DNA of 64,000 nt from Dehalococcoidales bacterium (GTDB lineage: Bacteria > Chloroflexota > Dehalococcoidia > Dehalococcoidales > UBA5760). Shown here piece by piece: positions 37,984 through 47,503 of the stretch; positions within the stretch are counted from its first letter, which is position 1; every line of letters starts with the position of its first letter. The DNA lies in assembly GCA_028716225.1 (NCBI GenBank), contig JAQUQE010000001.1, positions 93,407 through 157,406 on the forward strand, written 5' to 3'. The notes under the pieces were generated by a model. It made no database searches, was not told the origin of the DNA, and was given only the letters and a program-made list of their open reading frames with translations. The position numbers were made by a program, and so were the translations under genes.

Positions 37984-38175
37984 ATGACTATCGAAATAAA
38001 ACTGGGCGATGTGGTTCGCCTCAAGAAGAAGCACCCCTGTGGCAGCTACGAGTGGCAGGTAGTCAGACTCGGAGCTGACATCGGAGTCAGGTGCCTTAAG
38101 TGCCAGCGTCACATCCTCCTTAAACGCAGTATCTTCGAGCACAGGGTAGTAGCCTTCATTTCCCGGGGAGACTGA
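37984..38175 (+). CDS. DUF951-family small protein
   Basis: GDVVRLKKKHPCGSYEWQVVRLGADIGVRCLKCQRHILLKRSIFEHRV matches my recollection of the DUF951 signature. Confidence 0.7.
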   Translation: MTIEIKLGDVVRLKKKHPCGSYEWQVVRLGADIGVRCLKCQRHILLKRSIFEHRVVAFISRGD

Positions 38176-38262
38176 CGACTCATCGCTATACTCATACAAG
38201 AATAAGATAAAAGCCGGGTTAAAACCGACTGGCAGAGAGATCCGGTAGACCCAGCCAAATGT

Positions 38263-38724
38263 CTACATCCTCCTGCATTCTTCACGAATTTCGATAACCA
38301 TACCCCCGGGACTGGTATCGAAATAGCACCAGCGACATCCCTCAAATACAGCCGCCAAGAGCAATGTGTGCCCCTGCTTCTGCAGTTTTGTCACTATTTC
38401 ATCATAATTAGCTACACCATAAGCGATGTGATGTATCCCCTCGCCCTTATCTCTAATGAAATCGGCCCAGATCGATTGTTCGTCGAGTGGCTGAAGCAAT
38501 TCTATCGAGTGCGTACCTAACCTAATAAAAACGAGCCTGACCTTAAAGGGTTTACCAACAACCAACTCTCCAGATCTGGCTTCGTAGTCGATAACATCGG
38601 GAGTACCGATATCCCATATAGAAGAAATGAACCTGGTACTTTTCTCGGCATTTTTTACGGCGACACCCAGATGAACGACACTGGGCAACAGAATAGACCC
38701 TTTATCCAGTTTCCACTGCAACAC
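38263..38724 (-). CDS. VOC-family (glyoxalase / methylmalonyl-CoA epimerase-like) protein
   Basis: VHLGVAV at the N-terminus, and ELLQP...GEGIHHIAYGV, typical of the VOC fold. Confidence 0.7.
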   Translation of the reverse strand: MLQWKLDKGSILLPSVVHLGVAVKNAEKSTRFISSIWDIGTPDVIDYEARSGELVVGKPFKVRLVFIRLGTHSIELLQPLDEQSIWADFIRDKGEGIHHIAYGVANYDEIVTKLQKQGHTLLLAAVFEGCRWCYFDTSPGGMVIEIREECRRM

Positions 38725-38826
38725 CTTACTAACCCCCTTTGGTCAATGATCAACTTGGCAAACTCAAAGTATTGTTTCTCAGGAAAAGGCACCCCTTCAT
38801 ACGCCGATTCTATCGCAGTAAGAGAC

Positions 38827-39351
38827 CTAAAACACACCGGCAGGAGGAGGGGTAAGCTGGACTATCATCTCTTTACGGCCAGGATATTCCTGTACCAGCC
38901 GGTTGCGCTCACCGGCTTCGTAGTCGGTAGAATCGAAGGCGGGTGCCATAGTAGTACCCAACAGGGCAAAACTTCCCCCTCTCTTTAAGAAGGAACCCTG
39001 CCATACTCCCCTGGGTACAGTGAACTGAACCTGTTCCCCATTATCTATCGCTGTCCCCAGGGCTATCAAACGGGACATACCATCGGGGTATAGATTAAGC
39101 ATAATGACAGGATCACCGCAGTAAAAGTGATAGGTCTCATCAGTAGGCAGCCGGTGGAGCCGGGAACAGGTATCCGGTATCAGCAGATAGTATATTGCGG
39201 TGGCGAATGATTTTCCGGTAGTATACCTGTCCGGCAGCGCATCAAGAGAAACATTTTCTACCGAGCGGTAGGTTTCCCGATAAAAACCGCCCTCTTCCGG
39301 AAGAGGTTTCAAACCCAGGGCACTTATTATCTCATCCGCTGATAACATCAT
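38827..39351 (-). CDS. cupin-superfamily protein (DUF985-like)
   Basis: L..HPEGG-type start (PLPEEGGFYRETYRS), then AIYYLL...SRLHRL..DETYHFYCGDP. Confidence 0.7.
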   Translation of the reverse strand: MMLSADEIISALGLKPLPEEGGFYRETYRSVENVSLDALPDRYTTGKSFATAIYYLLIPDTCSRLHRLPTDETYHFYCGDPVIMLNLYPDGMSRLIALGTAIDNGEQVQFTVPRGVWQGSFLKRGGSFALLGTTMAPAFDSTDYEAGERNRLVQEYPGRKEMIVQLTPPPAGVF

Positions 39352-39480
39352 TAACCAATCAACTTACGCGGCATCTAATATAACACTTAACCTGATTTTA
39401 GACAAATCGCCTGCTTGTGTTTCCATCTTGGTAATGGATATAATAGGTCAAATCAGTCCTATTGAGAGGAGTAGTCTAAG

Positions 39481-40422
39481 ATGCCGCTATATGCCTATTT
39501 TAACAAGCAATTTGTTCCTATGTCTGAAGCCAGACTAGGAGTTATGACTCATTGCCTGCACTATGGCACCGGTGTTTTCGAGGGCATTCGCGGTAATTGG
39601 AATAGTGACGGGCGGCAGCTTTATATCTTCCGTCTCAACGAACACTACCAAAGACTGCTTAACGGCTGCCGTGTGCTTAATATCGATCTGTCCCATACTA
39701 TTGACAAGCTCTGTCAGATCACTGTGGAGTTGATAGAAAAATGTGGTTTTGAGGAGGACATATACGTCCGTCCTTTAGCCTATAAGAGCTCAGAGGCGCT
39801 GGGTGTTCGGTTGCATAATCTGGATGATGCCTTCATGGTCTTTGCCTTCCCCTGGGGACCATATTTGGATACGAACGGGGTGAAGTGTATAGTTTCTTCC
39901 TGGCGTCGCCCCAGTGAGACACCACAGGCTAAAATTACCGGCCTTTACGTGAACAATGCTCTGGCTAAGACCGAAGCTGTCAAGAATGATTATCACGAGG
40001 CGATTATGCTTACTGCCAGCGGCTATGTCTCCGAGGGGAGCGGTGAGAACATCTTTCTGGTCCAAAACGGCGGACTGGTGACGCCGGGCGTCGATGATCT
40101 TATGGTAGTAGGAATTACCCGTGACGTTGTAATTAAGATGGCACACAACGAACTGGGTATAGAGACCACAGAACGGCATATCAACCACAGCGAACTCTAC
40201 ACCGCCAGCGAATGTTTTTTGACCGGAACAGCAGCTAATATCACCCCGGTGGTTGAGATAGATGGGCGTAAGATAGGCAGCGGCAAGGCGGGTGAGATAA
40301 CCAAGAAATTGCAAAAAGCCTACTCTAACGTAATAAAGGGACAAAACCACAGATACTGTGAGTGGTGCACCCCGGTCTATAAAAACGGACCGGCAACAAA
40401 AGGCCGACAGGCTATTCCCTGA
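39481..40422 (+). CDS. ilvE: branched-chain amino acid aminotransferase (class IV)
   Basis: YGTGVFEGIRGNWN, ENIFLV and LTGTAA motifs; 313 aa. Confidence 0.88.
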   Translation: MPLYAYFNKQFVPMSEARLGVMTHCLHYGTGVFEGIRGNWNSDGRQLYIFRLNEHYQRLLNGCRVLNIDLSHTIDKLCQITVELIEKCGFEEDIYVRPLAYKSSEALGVRLHNLDDAFMVFAFPWGPYLDTNGVKCIVSSWRRPSETPQAKITGLYVNNALAKTEAVKNDYHEAIMLTASGYVSEGSGENIFLVQNGGLVTPGVDDLMVVGITRDVVIKMAHNELGIETTERHINHSELYTASECFLTGTAANITPVVEIDGRKIGSGKAGEITKKLQKAYSNVIKGQNHRYCEWCTPVYKNGPATKGRQAIP

Positions 40423-41035
40423 CCTCGCTCACCTTCAACGACCGCAACAGGCAAAGGACCTGGCAGCTTGCCTCAAAAAGAGTGGTGTAGTTATGGGCTT
40501 CTTCCAGCAACTGACCGATAGCAAAGCTGCCGTGACCACGAACCATAACAATATGATATTTCTTAAGCGCTTCAGCGATGATATCAGCTAATCCACCCGG
40601 TTTTACTTCCATATTCCAACCGAGAACAGGAACACGCTCCATTAAGGGAGATACTTCGCTACAATTGGGGGTAATCTCGGTTTCCATTAACGACATAGCA
40701 ACAGCATGCGGCGGATGGGCATGAACAATGGCTAATGCCGAGGTTGCGCGATAGATAGCCCGGTGGACGGGCAGTTCGCTCGATGCAAGCGGTGTAAAAC
40801 GATCGTTTTTGTCTATTCCGGTCTCTATCAGATCGTTTTCCTCCAGACAGCCAAGCATACCTCCACGGCGTGTAATCACCAGGCGGTCTCCCATTCTGAC
40901 ACTCAGGTTCCCGCTGTTGGAGCAGACCAGACCGCGACTACAAAGGTCACGACCTGTACTTTGAAACTGGCCTAGGAGCATATCACCCTTTCTCTCTTCC
41001 GGTGCCGACCTTACGATGTTGTCAGACCATACCAC
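40412..41035 (-). CDS. class II aldolase/adducin-family protein
   Basis: SGNLSVR motif and His ligands (VHAHPPH). The start may be the internal Met (MLLGQFQ). Confidence 0.75.
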   Translation of the reverse strand: MVWSDNIVRSAPEERKGDMLLGQFQSTGRDLCSRGLVCSNSGNLSVRMGDRLVITRRGGMLGCLEENDLIETGIDKNDRFTPLASSELPVHRAIYRATSALAIVHAHPPHAVAMSLMETEITPNCSEVSPLMERVPVLGWNMEVKPGGLADIIAEALKKYHIVMVRGHGSFAIGQLLEEAHNYTTLFEASCQVLCLLRSLKVSEVRE

Positions 41036-41095
41036 TTTAGTGTATATCAGCCACCTACTAGTTTATACCTACTTAGCAATAGACATCAAATCAGA

Positions 41096-41749
41096 CTATC
41101 TGCCCGGACCAAGCTGCCTGATAACTGCAATTACTCTACCCTGAACTTCCACGTTATCAGGTTCGACATATATTGGCTTCATCCTGGTATTGGCTGGCTG
41201 AAGCCGTATTTTCCCGGCTTCAGAGTAGAATTTCTTTAAAGTTGCTTCCCTCTCTGCCTTAAGCCAAATAGCAGCCACCTCGCCGTTATCCACGGCATTG
41301 ACATACTCCATCAGCACAATATCACCATCGCTGACCAGAGCATCCACCATTGACCACCCCCTCACCCTTAGAGCATAAATCCCATCGCGCCCCCGGGTCA
41401 AGTCTCTGGTCACCTCTATAGTTTCTGCAAAAGCAGCCGTATCCCAAGTATCGGAGGTAGGTACCGGTATCGGCTTCCCTGCCGCTATTTGACCGATAAC
41501 GGGTACCAACAACCGATATTTGAAATGCGTGGAATGAGCAACCAGCCCGATACCACGTGCTATTTCGCCGTGACGACGAATGTACCCGTTCCTTTCCAGA
41601 ATATCCAGGTTATATTTAACCACTGATGTCGAACTGATTGCACATCCACTGGCAATATCCCTGATAGTAGGTGGATAGCCCCTATCTTCCACAAAACGAT
41701 AAATAAAGTCGATAATCTGTTGTGGTTTAGATGATAGTTCCTTTACCAT
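41096..41749 (-). CDS. lexA: LexA repressor
   Basis: N-terminal winged helix (PPTIRDIA), an Ala-Gly cleavage site (QIAAGKP), and catalytic Ser (RGWSM) and Lys (TLKKF). Confidence 0.93.
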   Translation of the reverse strand: MVKELSSKPQQIIDFIYRFVEDRGYPPTIRDIASGCAISSTSVVKYNLDILERNGYIRRHGEIARGIGLVAHSTHFKYRLLVPVIGQIAAGKPIPVPTSDTWDTAAFAETIEVTRDLTRGRDGIYALRVRGWSMVDALVSDGDIVLMEYVNAVDNGEVAAIWLKAEREATLKKFYSEAGKIRLQPANTRMKPIYVEPDNVEVQGRVIAVIRQLGPGR

Positions 41750-41776
41750 ATACCCTTCCAGGGAATCCGCACAAAA

Positions 41777-41790
41777 CGAACATCAGTTCT
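41777..41790 (-). promoter_or_regulatory. LexA (Cheo-type) box
   Basis: CGAAC-ATCA-GTTCT, a GAAC-N4-GTTC core. It lies 28 to 41 nt upstream of the lexA ATG and just downstream of the putative -10. Confidence 0.7.
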
Positions 41791-41795
41791 ACACC

Positions 41796-41825
41796 ACCAT
41801 AATACCAAACATAGCCTATGGTCAA
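41796..41825 (-). promoter_or_regulatory. lexA promoter
   Basis: Reverse strand TTGACC (41825..41820), 18 nt, TATGGT (41801..41796). Confidence 0.4.
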
Positions 41826-41857
41826 TACCACCGGCTACGATTCTTAAGAATATTTGG

Positions 41858-42145
41858 TTAACCTTCCGTTGAAGACATGGCCTGTGCCTGATTGAGCTTC
41901 TTCGTCAGGCGTGATTTACGTCGGGCAGCATTATTAGCGTGTATGATCCCTTTCTCAGACGCTTTATCCAGAACACTGACCGCGTCTACCACCGCCTCCC
42001 GACCCAGATTAAGCTCTCCTGATAAGATGAGCTTCTCGGCTTTGCTTATCTTGGTCTTGCACAAACTGCGAATGGATTTATTGCGGAACTGTCTCCTTTT
42101 GGAAGCCCGCACCTCTTTTTGAGCTGATTTACTGTGTGGCAACAT
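41858..42145 (-). CDS. rpsT: 30S ribosomal protein S20
   Basis: SAQKEVRASKRRQFRNKSIRS...IHANNAARRKSRL. GGGAGG lies 3 nt upstream of the ATG. Confidence 0.93.
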   Translation of the reverse strand: MLPHSKSAQKEVRASKRRQFRNKSIRSLCKTKISKAEKLILSGELNLGREAVVDAVSVLDKASEKGIIHANNAARRKSRLTKKLNQAQAMSSTEG

Positions 42146-42153
42146 CTACCTCC

Positions 42154-44367
42154 CTAATTGTTTAGATTAGCTTGAGTCGAGGGGTTGGTTTTTGCGGTGG
42201 GTTCGCTTCCCACACGGGTAACGTTTATTACCCCCCTGATCCCCTCGATTTTTCCTAACATCCGACTCAGCTGAGCCAGACCGTTTGTCTCCAAAGTAAA
42301 ATATTCGGTGACAGTATTGTCATCATGTCGAACAGAACTAGCAGCGGCTATGTTGACCTTCTCTTCAGCCACGATTGTAGTAATGTCACGCATCACTCCA
42401 ACCCTATCCCAAGCATCAACGCGGATATTGACTGGGTACAGTGCAGCGGTACTTCCCCAGTCCACCGAAATCAGCCTTTCTTGTTCGTCCTCGTGGATTA
42501 TATTATAACAGTCCTGACGATGGATTGATACTCCGCGACTACGTGTGACATAGCCGATAATACTATCTCCGGGCACGGGATGACAACACTGGGCCAAATG
42601 GGTCAGCATATCTCCTGAACCTAGTACATTAACAGTAGGTATCGTTCGTTTGACCGGCGTTACTCCCGTTGTTTCTTTCTGCTGTTCCTGTTGAGCAGAT
42701 AATTTGACGGCAATCTGATGGGTAGAAATACCACCGTAGCCAATAGCTGCCAGAAACTCGCCCATATCGTCGTAGTTGAGCAGTTTGGCCAGCTCCTCCC
42801 GGCTGCTAAGTTTTATCCCCAGTCGCCTAATCTCTTTATCAAGTAGCTCACGACCACGCTCAATATTCTCCGTTCGCTCCTGTTTTCTGAACCACTGTCG
42901 TATTTTCTCTCTGGCATGAGATGTTTGGACGTAACCCAATTGGGGATTCAACCAGTCTAGACTTGGTTTCTTATCACCCTTGGTAGTCATAATGTCTACG
43001 ATGTCGCCATTCTGAATTCGATAATTAAGCGGTACCAGCCTACCGTTAACTCTGGCCCCTATACAGCGGTGTCCCAGCTCGGTATGGATACGATAGGCAA
43101 AATCGAGTGGGGTAGCGCCCTTGGGCAGGTCCTTAATCTCACCCTTGGGGGTATAAGCAAAAACCTGGTCAATGAATATATCAGTCTTGACCGACTCCAG
43201 AAACTCTTCAGCACCACTTAGCTCACGCCGCCACTCAATCAGCTGACGAAGCCAACCTATTTTCTCCTCAAAGTGCAGATCCTTCTTTTTGCCTTCCTTA
43301 TAGCGCCAGTGAGCCGCTACACCGAACTCGGCAACACGGTGCATATCATAAGTACGAATCTGTATCTCCAGAGGAGTACCGCCATACATTACCACTGTGT
43401 GCAAGGATTGATACCCGTTCGGTTTGGGATTAGCAATATAGTCATCGAAATCACCGGGTAAAGGACGCCACAAGTTATGGATAACACCTATAGCAGTGTA
43501 ACAGCAAGGTACGGTATCAACCAGTACTCGTATGGCTAGCAGGTCATGTATATTGTCAAAGGTTTTCCCCTGGGCGGCATAGTTCTCCATTTTCTGATTT
43601 ATACTGTAAATGTGCTTGGGCCGACCCGATATCTCAACTTTCAGACCTATACGATCAAACTCTGCCTCCAGGATTTGAATTACCTGGGCTATTACGCTCT
43701 CCCGCCGGGCACGCCGGGCGGCAACCAGCCTGGCCACTTTTCGATATTTCTCCGGCTCCAGATATCGGAAGGAGAGGTCCTCCATCTGCCATTTCAACTC
43801 CCATATCCCCAGGCGGTGGGACAGTGGAGCATATATCTCCAGGGTCTCCCGCGCAATCCGGCGCTGCTTCTCCGGGGGTAATACACCCAGAGTGCGCATA
43901 TTATGCAATCTATCGGCCAGTTTTATGAATACTACGCGGAGGTCCTCCGCCATGGCTACCAGCATTTTCCTCAGATTTTCCGTCTGCTGTTCACTTGCTC
44001 TGGATACGGAAACGCCAGCTCCTGTTCCTGAAAAAGAAAGTTTGCTCAGCTTGGTGACACCATCGACCAGCTTGGCTATTTCGGATCCGAAGGTAATCTC
44101 AATATCGGAAAGCGGTATATCACAGTTCTCCAGGACATCATGCAGCAAGGCAGCAGCAACAGAGTTAGCATCAAGTTGGAGTTCTGCCAGAATTAACGCA
44201 GTCTGTATCGGGTGCTCCAGATAGGGCTCACCTGATATGCGTAACTGTCCCTCGTGGGCTTTCCGGGCAAAGTCATAGGCGCTCTCGATCAGAGCTAGCT
44301 TCTCCGCCGGAAGATATTCCTCAACCTTGGCTTTTAGCTGACTGTAACTCACCACCCACCTTGCCAA
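42154..44367 (-). CDS. rel: bifunctional (p)ppGpp synthetase/hydrolase, RelA/SpoT family
   Basis: 737 aa. HD hydrolase domain (HDVLED), synthetase domain (YQSLHTVV), then TGS and ACT domains. TTG start. Confidence 0.93.
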   Translation of the reverse strand: MARWVVSYSQLKAKVEEYLPAEKLALIESAYDFARKAHEGQLRISGEPYLEHPIQTALILAELQLDANSVAAALLHDVLENCDIPLSDIEITFGSEIAKLVDGVTKLSKLSFSGTGAGVSVSRASEQQTENLRKMLVAMAEDLRVVFIKLADRLHNMRTLGVLPPEKQRRIARETLEIYAPLSHRLGIWELKWQMEDLSFRYLEPEKYRKVARLVAARRARRESVIAQVIQILEAEFDRIGLKVEISGRPKHIYSINQKMENYAAQGKTFDNIHDLLAIRVLVDTVPCCYTAIGVIHNLWRPLPGDFDDYIANPKPNGYQSLHTVVMYGGTPLEIQIRTYDMHRVAEFGVAAHWRYKEGKKKDLHFEEKIGWLRQLIEWRRELSGAEEFLESVKTDIFIDQVFAYTPKGEIKDLPKGATPLDFAYRIHTELGHRCIGARVNGRLVPLNYRIQNGDIVDIMTTKGDKKPSLDWLNPQLGYVQTSHAREKIRQWFRKQERTENIERGRELLDKEIRRLGIKLSSREELAKLLNYDDMGEFLAAIGYGGISTHQIAVKLSAQQEQQKETTGVTPVKRTIPTVNVLGSGDMLTHLAQCCHPVPGDSIIGYVTRSRGVSIHRQDCYNIIHEDEQERLISVDWGSTAALYPVNIRVDAWDRVGVMRDITTIVAEEKVNIAAASSVRHDDNTVTEYFTLETNGLAQLSRMLGKIEGIRGVINVTRVGSEPTAKTNPSTQANLNN

Positions 44368-44480
44368 CCGATAGGATTAGTTAAGTATAGCGTAACGCGT
44401 TTAACGGTGCAAAATCCACCTACGCCTTATCGCCGATGCCAGAATCAGTACGCTACCAGTATTCCACGATGGTAAACGTC

Positions 44481-45845
44481 CTACCTTGTGTTTCTCGTAT
44501 CGCCTCTTGCCAGCGAGGCAAAGATACCGGCAGTACACAGGGCAGTGAAAACTATGAATGCTATTTTGGTGCTGCTCAAAAATAACGGGTAGTGTTCCGG
44601 CGTAATTTCTACTCTACCGATATATATGGTAAATAGCAGCATCGTAATTCCCATGCTGAAACTCATCCCAATCTGCCGCATGGTTGCCATTGTTGCTGAA
44701 GCTACCCCGTAGAACCTTTGTTTCACAGAGCTCATTATGGCATTGGTATTAGGAGAAGTAAACAGAGCAAAACCAGCGCCCATAAGGACCAGAATACCGA
44801 TGATAAAACCCAGACTACTATTTTCATTGACAAAAATAAGTACGGACAGCCCTATAGCATTAATCCCCATACCGATCGAGGCGAGTATCCTGGGTTCAAT
44901 CCGATCGGAAAGTCTGCCGGCGAGCGGTGATAAAGCAGCCTGTACCACAGGCATTGCCACCAGAACGAGACCCGCATTTTGCGGATCAAGCCCTTTAATG
45001 TACTGCAAATACAAGCTTAACAGGAAACCAACAGCGAATAGCGCGCTGTAATTAAGCAAGGTTGCCAGGTTAGAGAAAGCAAAGACTCTGTTCTTTCTAA
45101 AGAGGCCTATATCCAGAAGCGGATGCTTGACCTTTATTCCTCGCCGGACAAAATAAAAGGCTCCGGATATACCTGCTGCCAGTAGCCCGATGCCCAGGGC
45201 ATCGGGTAGCCGGGAAAAACCATATATTATGCCTACCAGCGTAAGCCCATAGATTACAGCACCACCATGATCGAATTTCTCCTCTTTTGCCTCAGCCCAT
45301 TCCCCCTTCATTTTCCATAGAATCAGGATAATTATTATTATGCCCAGTGGTATAGTAGCCAGGAAGATGCTTCTCCAGCCGAAGTGCTGAGTCAACATTC
45401 CACCAAGTACAGGGCCGAGAGAAAGTCCTGAGTATGTCATAGCGACGCTTATACCCAGTGCCTTACCCCTCTCCCCTGATGGAAACACCGAAGTCACGAT
45501 AGCCAACCCGGTAGCGAATATCATGGCGCTGCCGATACCCTGGACAAAACGTAATGAAATCAGCAGATTAGCAGAATGGACAAACGACAAGAGGAGAGAT
45601 GAAATGGTATAGATGATTACACCATAGGTAAGAATCTTCTTTCGTCCCCGTATATCAGAGAGGCGCCCAAACGGCACCAAGGACATTACTGAGGCCAGAA
45701 TGAAAGAGGTAGTGACCCAGCCCAACGAAACAGCATCCATGTGGAGTTCTCTGCCAATCGAGGGCAGAGCTATGTTAACTGCAGAACCCATAAATGCTGC
45801 TAAGAAAAAGCTTAACGAGACAACAACCAGAGTTATTCTTCTCAT
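44481..45845 (-). CDS. MFS transporter (drug:H+ antiporter DHA2-like)
   Basis: 454 aa and highly hydrophobic. MFS motif A-like GRLSDIRGRKK after TM2. Confidence 0.85.
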   Translation of the reverse strand: MRRITLVVVSLSFFLAAFMGSAVNIALPSIGRELHMDAVSLGWVTTSFILASVMSLVPFGRLSDIRGRKKILTYGVIIYTISSLLLSFVHSANLLISLRFVQGIGSAMIFATGLAIVTSVFPSGERGKALGISVAMTYSGLSLGPVLGGMLTQHFGWRSIFLATIPLGIIIIILILWKMKGEWAEAKEEKFDHGGAVIYGLTLVGIIYGFSRLPDALGIGLLAAGISGAFYFVRRGIKVKHPLLDIGLFRKNRVFAFSNLATLLNYSALFAVGFLLSLYLQYIKGLDPQNAGLVLVAMPVVQAALSPLAGRLSDRIEPRILASIGMGINAIGLSVLIFVNENSSLGFIIGILVLMGAGFALFTSPNTNAIMSSVKQRFYGVASATMATMRQIGMSFSMGITMLLFTIYIGRVEITPEHYPLFLSSTKIAFIVFTALCTAGIFASLARGDTRNTR

Positions 45846-45858
45846 TTTTTACTCGCTG

Positions 45859-45886
45859 TCATGCTAATCTTTACCCCGGCGTTATA
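45859..45886. repeat. direct repeat copy A upstream of the MFS gene
   Basis: TCATGCTAATCTTTACCCCGGCGTTATA. It begins 14 nt from the MFS start codon. Confidence 0.8.
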
Positions 45887-45945
45887 TCGTCATTCTATAG
45901 TAACACAACCCGGACTTCCCCATCTTTCTACGCAATCCAGATGTT

Positions 45946-45978
45946 TCATGCTAACCTTTTCCCATACCCGGCGTTATA
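45946..45978. repeat. direct repeat copy B
   Basis: TCATGCTAACCTTTTCCCATACCCGGCGTTATA. The ends (TCATGCTAA, CCCGGCGTTATA) are the same as in copy A, and the middle is 5 nt longer. Confidence 0.8.
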
Positions 45979-46336
45979 CACTTTAGGAACCGGGAGGCAA
46001 GCCAGTATTATGATCGTAGAAGCAATCTACTACCTGAAAAGGATTCTGTTTCGGTTACGGTGGCTCATTATGTCTGATAGGGAAAGGTATGCCTATCTGT
46101 GGAACCGAACCAGAGATAGTCTACAGGGGTGCTCGAGGTGAGAGGGGAGTCTACGTATTTATCTCACTCTGAACTACGGCAGACCGGTAGCCGCATCTTA
46201 TGGCTAGAGGTTGCTCGAAGGGATTAATAGAAAAGCTCTCCGCAGTTATGAATGGCCGGGATAGCCTGGTTACACAGAATATACCATAACTGAACTGATC
46301 TGGACTAAGTGCGGGCGGATTAGACCGGGCCCGATC

Positions 46337-47503
46337 TTATATTCTTGTGCCAGCATTACTGGCAGCATAAAATTCTCTGGCCCTAAACATGCTGCTGCTG
46401 GTCAACTCACCCAGCAGACTCTTGAGCACGGATATATATTTATCCTCTTCGTCATGATCAATAGTAACAACCTTATCGGCTACTTCCTGACAATAATTAC
46501 AGTTATTGCATCCAGAGAGACAATCCTTTTTCTTGAAAAATTCAATGAAGCCGTCCAGGGACTGGTTATCAATATACACTCTCGGCGGTGAAGCGATTGC
46601 GTTTGTTCTGGCCCCGGGCAGATTCGACTCTGCACTCCTTAACTTAGAGGTGAGGGCACTTAATATATCGTACAGATTACCCGGATAATTCAAAGAAGCA
46701 TATGCCTTGGTGGCATTCAAAATCCACTTTGTTGACATCGCTCTGCCACCGATTTTGAAGAAATCAATACCCATCTCCTGGTAGATATGTATATCTTCCG
46801 GCCTTATCCAGCGAGACTTAATAAGCTGGGACTTATCGGTAAGGCTACTCAGAGCACAATGAAGCACACAATAGTCCATATAGAAACCACAGAGCGGGTT
46901 TTGTCCTTGGCTGGCATGCCCCAGGGTATTGTTATGATAATACTCGTAGGGACACTGGTAAAGACAAAGGCTGTTGGTCAACACTCCAAGCTCACATTTT
47001 ACCGAGCTTCTAATCGCTTTAAGAAGCCTGAAATCACGGTTAACATTAGAGTCCAGCATAATGGCATCAACCCCCAGGGACTCAAGAAAATTCGCCCGGG
47101 CAACGCTGTTTACGTGGGTTATGGTTGACGCCTCTACCTTAAGGTTGGGAAACTGACGTTTGATAAGCTCTATCAAGTACGGGATAGCGACGGTAACGCT
47201 ATCCACCCCGATATCACTCAACCACCCCAGGTGCTGCAGTAACTCACGATGAGTGTCTTCATGCCACTCCATATTGTTGAGGCAAGGAGCATTAAGAAGA
47301 TAATTGAACTTGAAACCGGCAGAATGCACCAGCCTGATGTATTCTTCGGCACGACTTATCGTCATTTGGGGAATATCTGGGCCGGAGCCTCCGCTCCCGA
47401 TCATTGAGGTAGGCAAAACGCCATATAATTGAATATCTGCCTTCGTCTCACTCAGAAGGGGTATCAGATCCCTATCCCAGTTCGTTGGCAATAATAACTG
47501 CAT
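46337..47503 (-). CDS. divergent U32-family (collagenase-like / Fe-S hydroxylase superfamily) protein with two cysteine clusters
   Basis: 388 aa. Its MQLLLPTNWD start is in the same position as the ELLAPAG start of U32 proteins, and alternating beta/alpha segments follow. Central cluster C-x3-C-x20-C-x6-C-x3-C (SLCLYQCPYEYY...PLCGFYMDYCVLHC). C-terminal CLSGCNNCNYC. The family assignment is by eye only. Confidence 0.55.
   Translation of the reverse strand: MQLLLPTNWDRDLIPLLSETKADIQLYGVLPTSMIGSGGSGPDIPQMTISRAEEYIRLVHSAGFKFNYLLNAPCLNNMEWHEDTHRELLQHLGWLSDIGVDSVTVAIPYLIELIKRQFPNLKVEASTITHVNSVARANFLESLGVDAIMLDSNVNRDFRLLKAIRSSVKCELGVLTNSLCLYQCPYEYYHNNTLGHASQGQNPLCGFYMDYCVLHCALSSLTDKSQLIKSRWIRPEDIHIYQEMGIDFFKIGGRAMSTKWILNATKAYASLNYPGNLYDILSALTSKLRSAESNLPGARTNAIASPPRVYIDNQSLDGFIEFFKKKDCLSGCNNCNYCQEVADKVVTIDHDEEDKYISVLKSLLGELTSSSMFRAREFYAASNAGTRI

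Noticed and set aside
45909-45921. Reverse-strand GGGGAAGTCCGGG resembling the RNase P RNA P4 sequence GGAAAGUCCGGGC
   Set aside because: The other conserved RNase P blocks are missing. The only ACAGAA-like element lies 5' rather than 3' of it on that strand, so the order is wrong.
45794-46141. 115-aa plus-strand ORF spanning the MFS start and the repeat region
   Set aside because: It starts antisense inside the MFS gene, has no SD and runs through both direct repeats. Its internal 43-codon version (ATG 46017) has only a distant GGGAGG 12 nt upstream. Coding potential is not supported.
46295-46320. CTGATCTGGACTAAGTGCGGGCG resembling the TPP riboswitch core (CUGAUCUGGAUAAUGCCAGCG), and GGGGTGC...TGAGA at about 46124..46142
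   Set aside because: The two halves are about 150 nt apart, and the TGAGA is base-paired in a local hairpin. No thiamine-related gene is downstream on that strand. I judged the resemblance to be coincidental.
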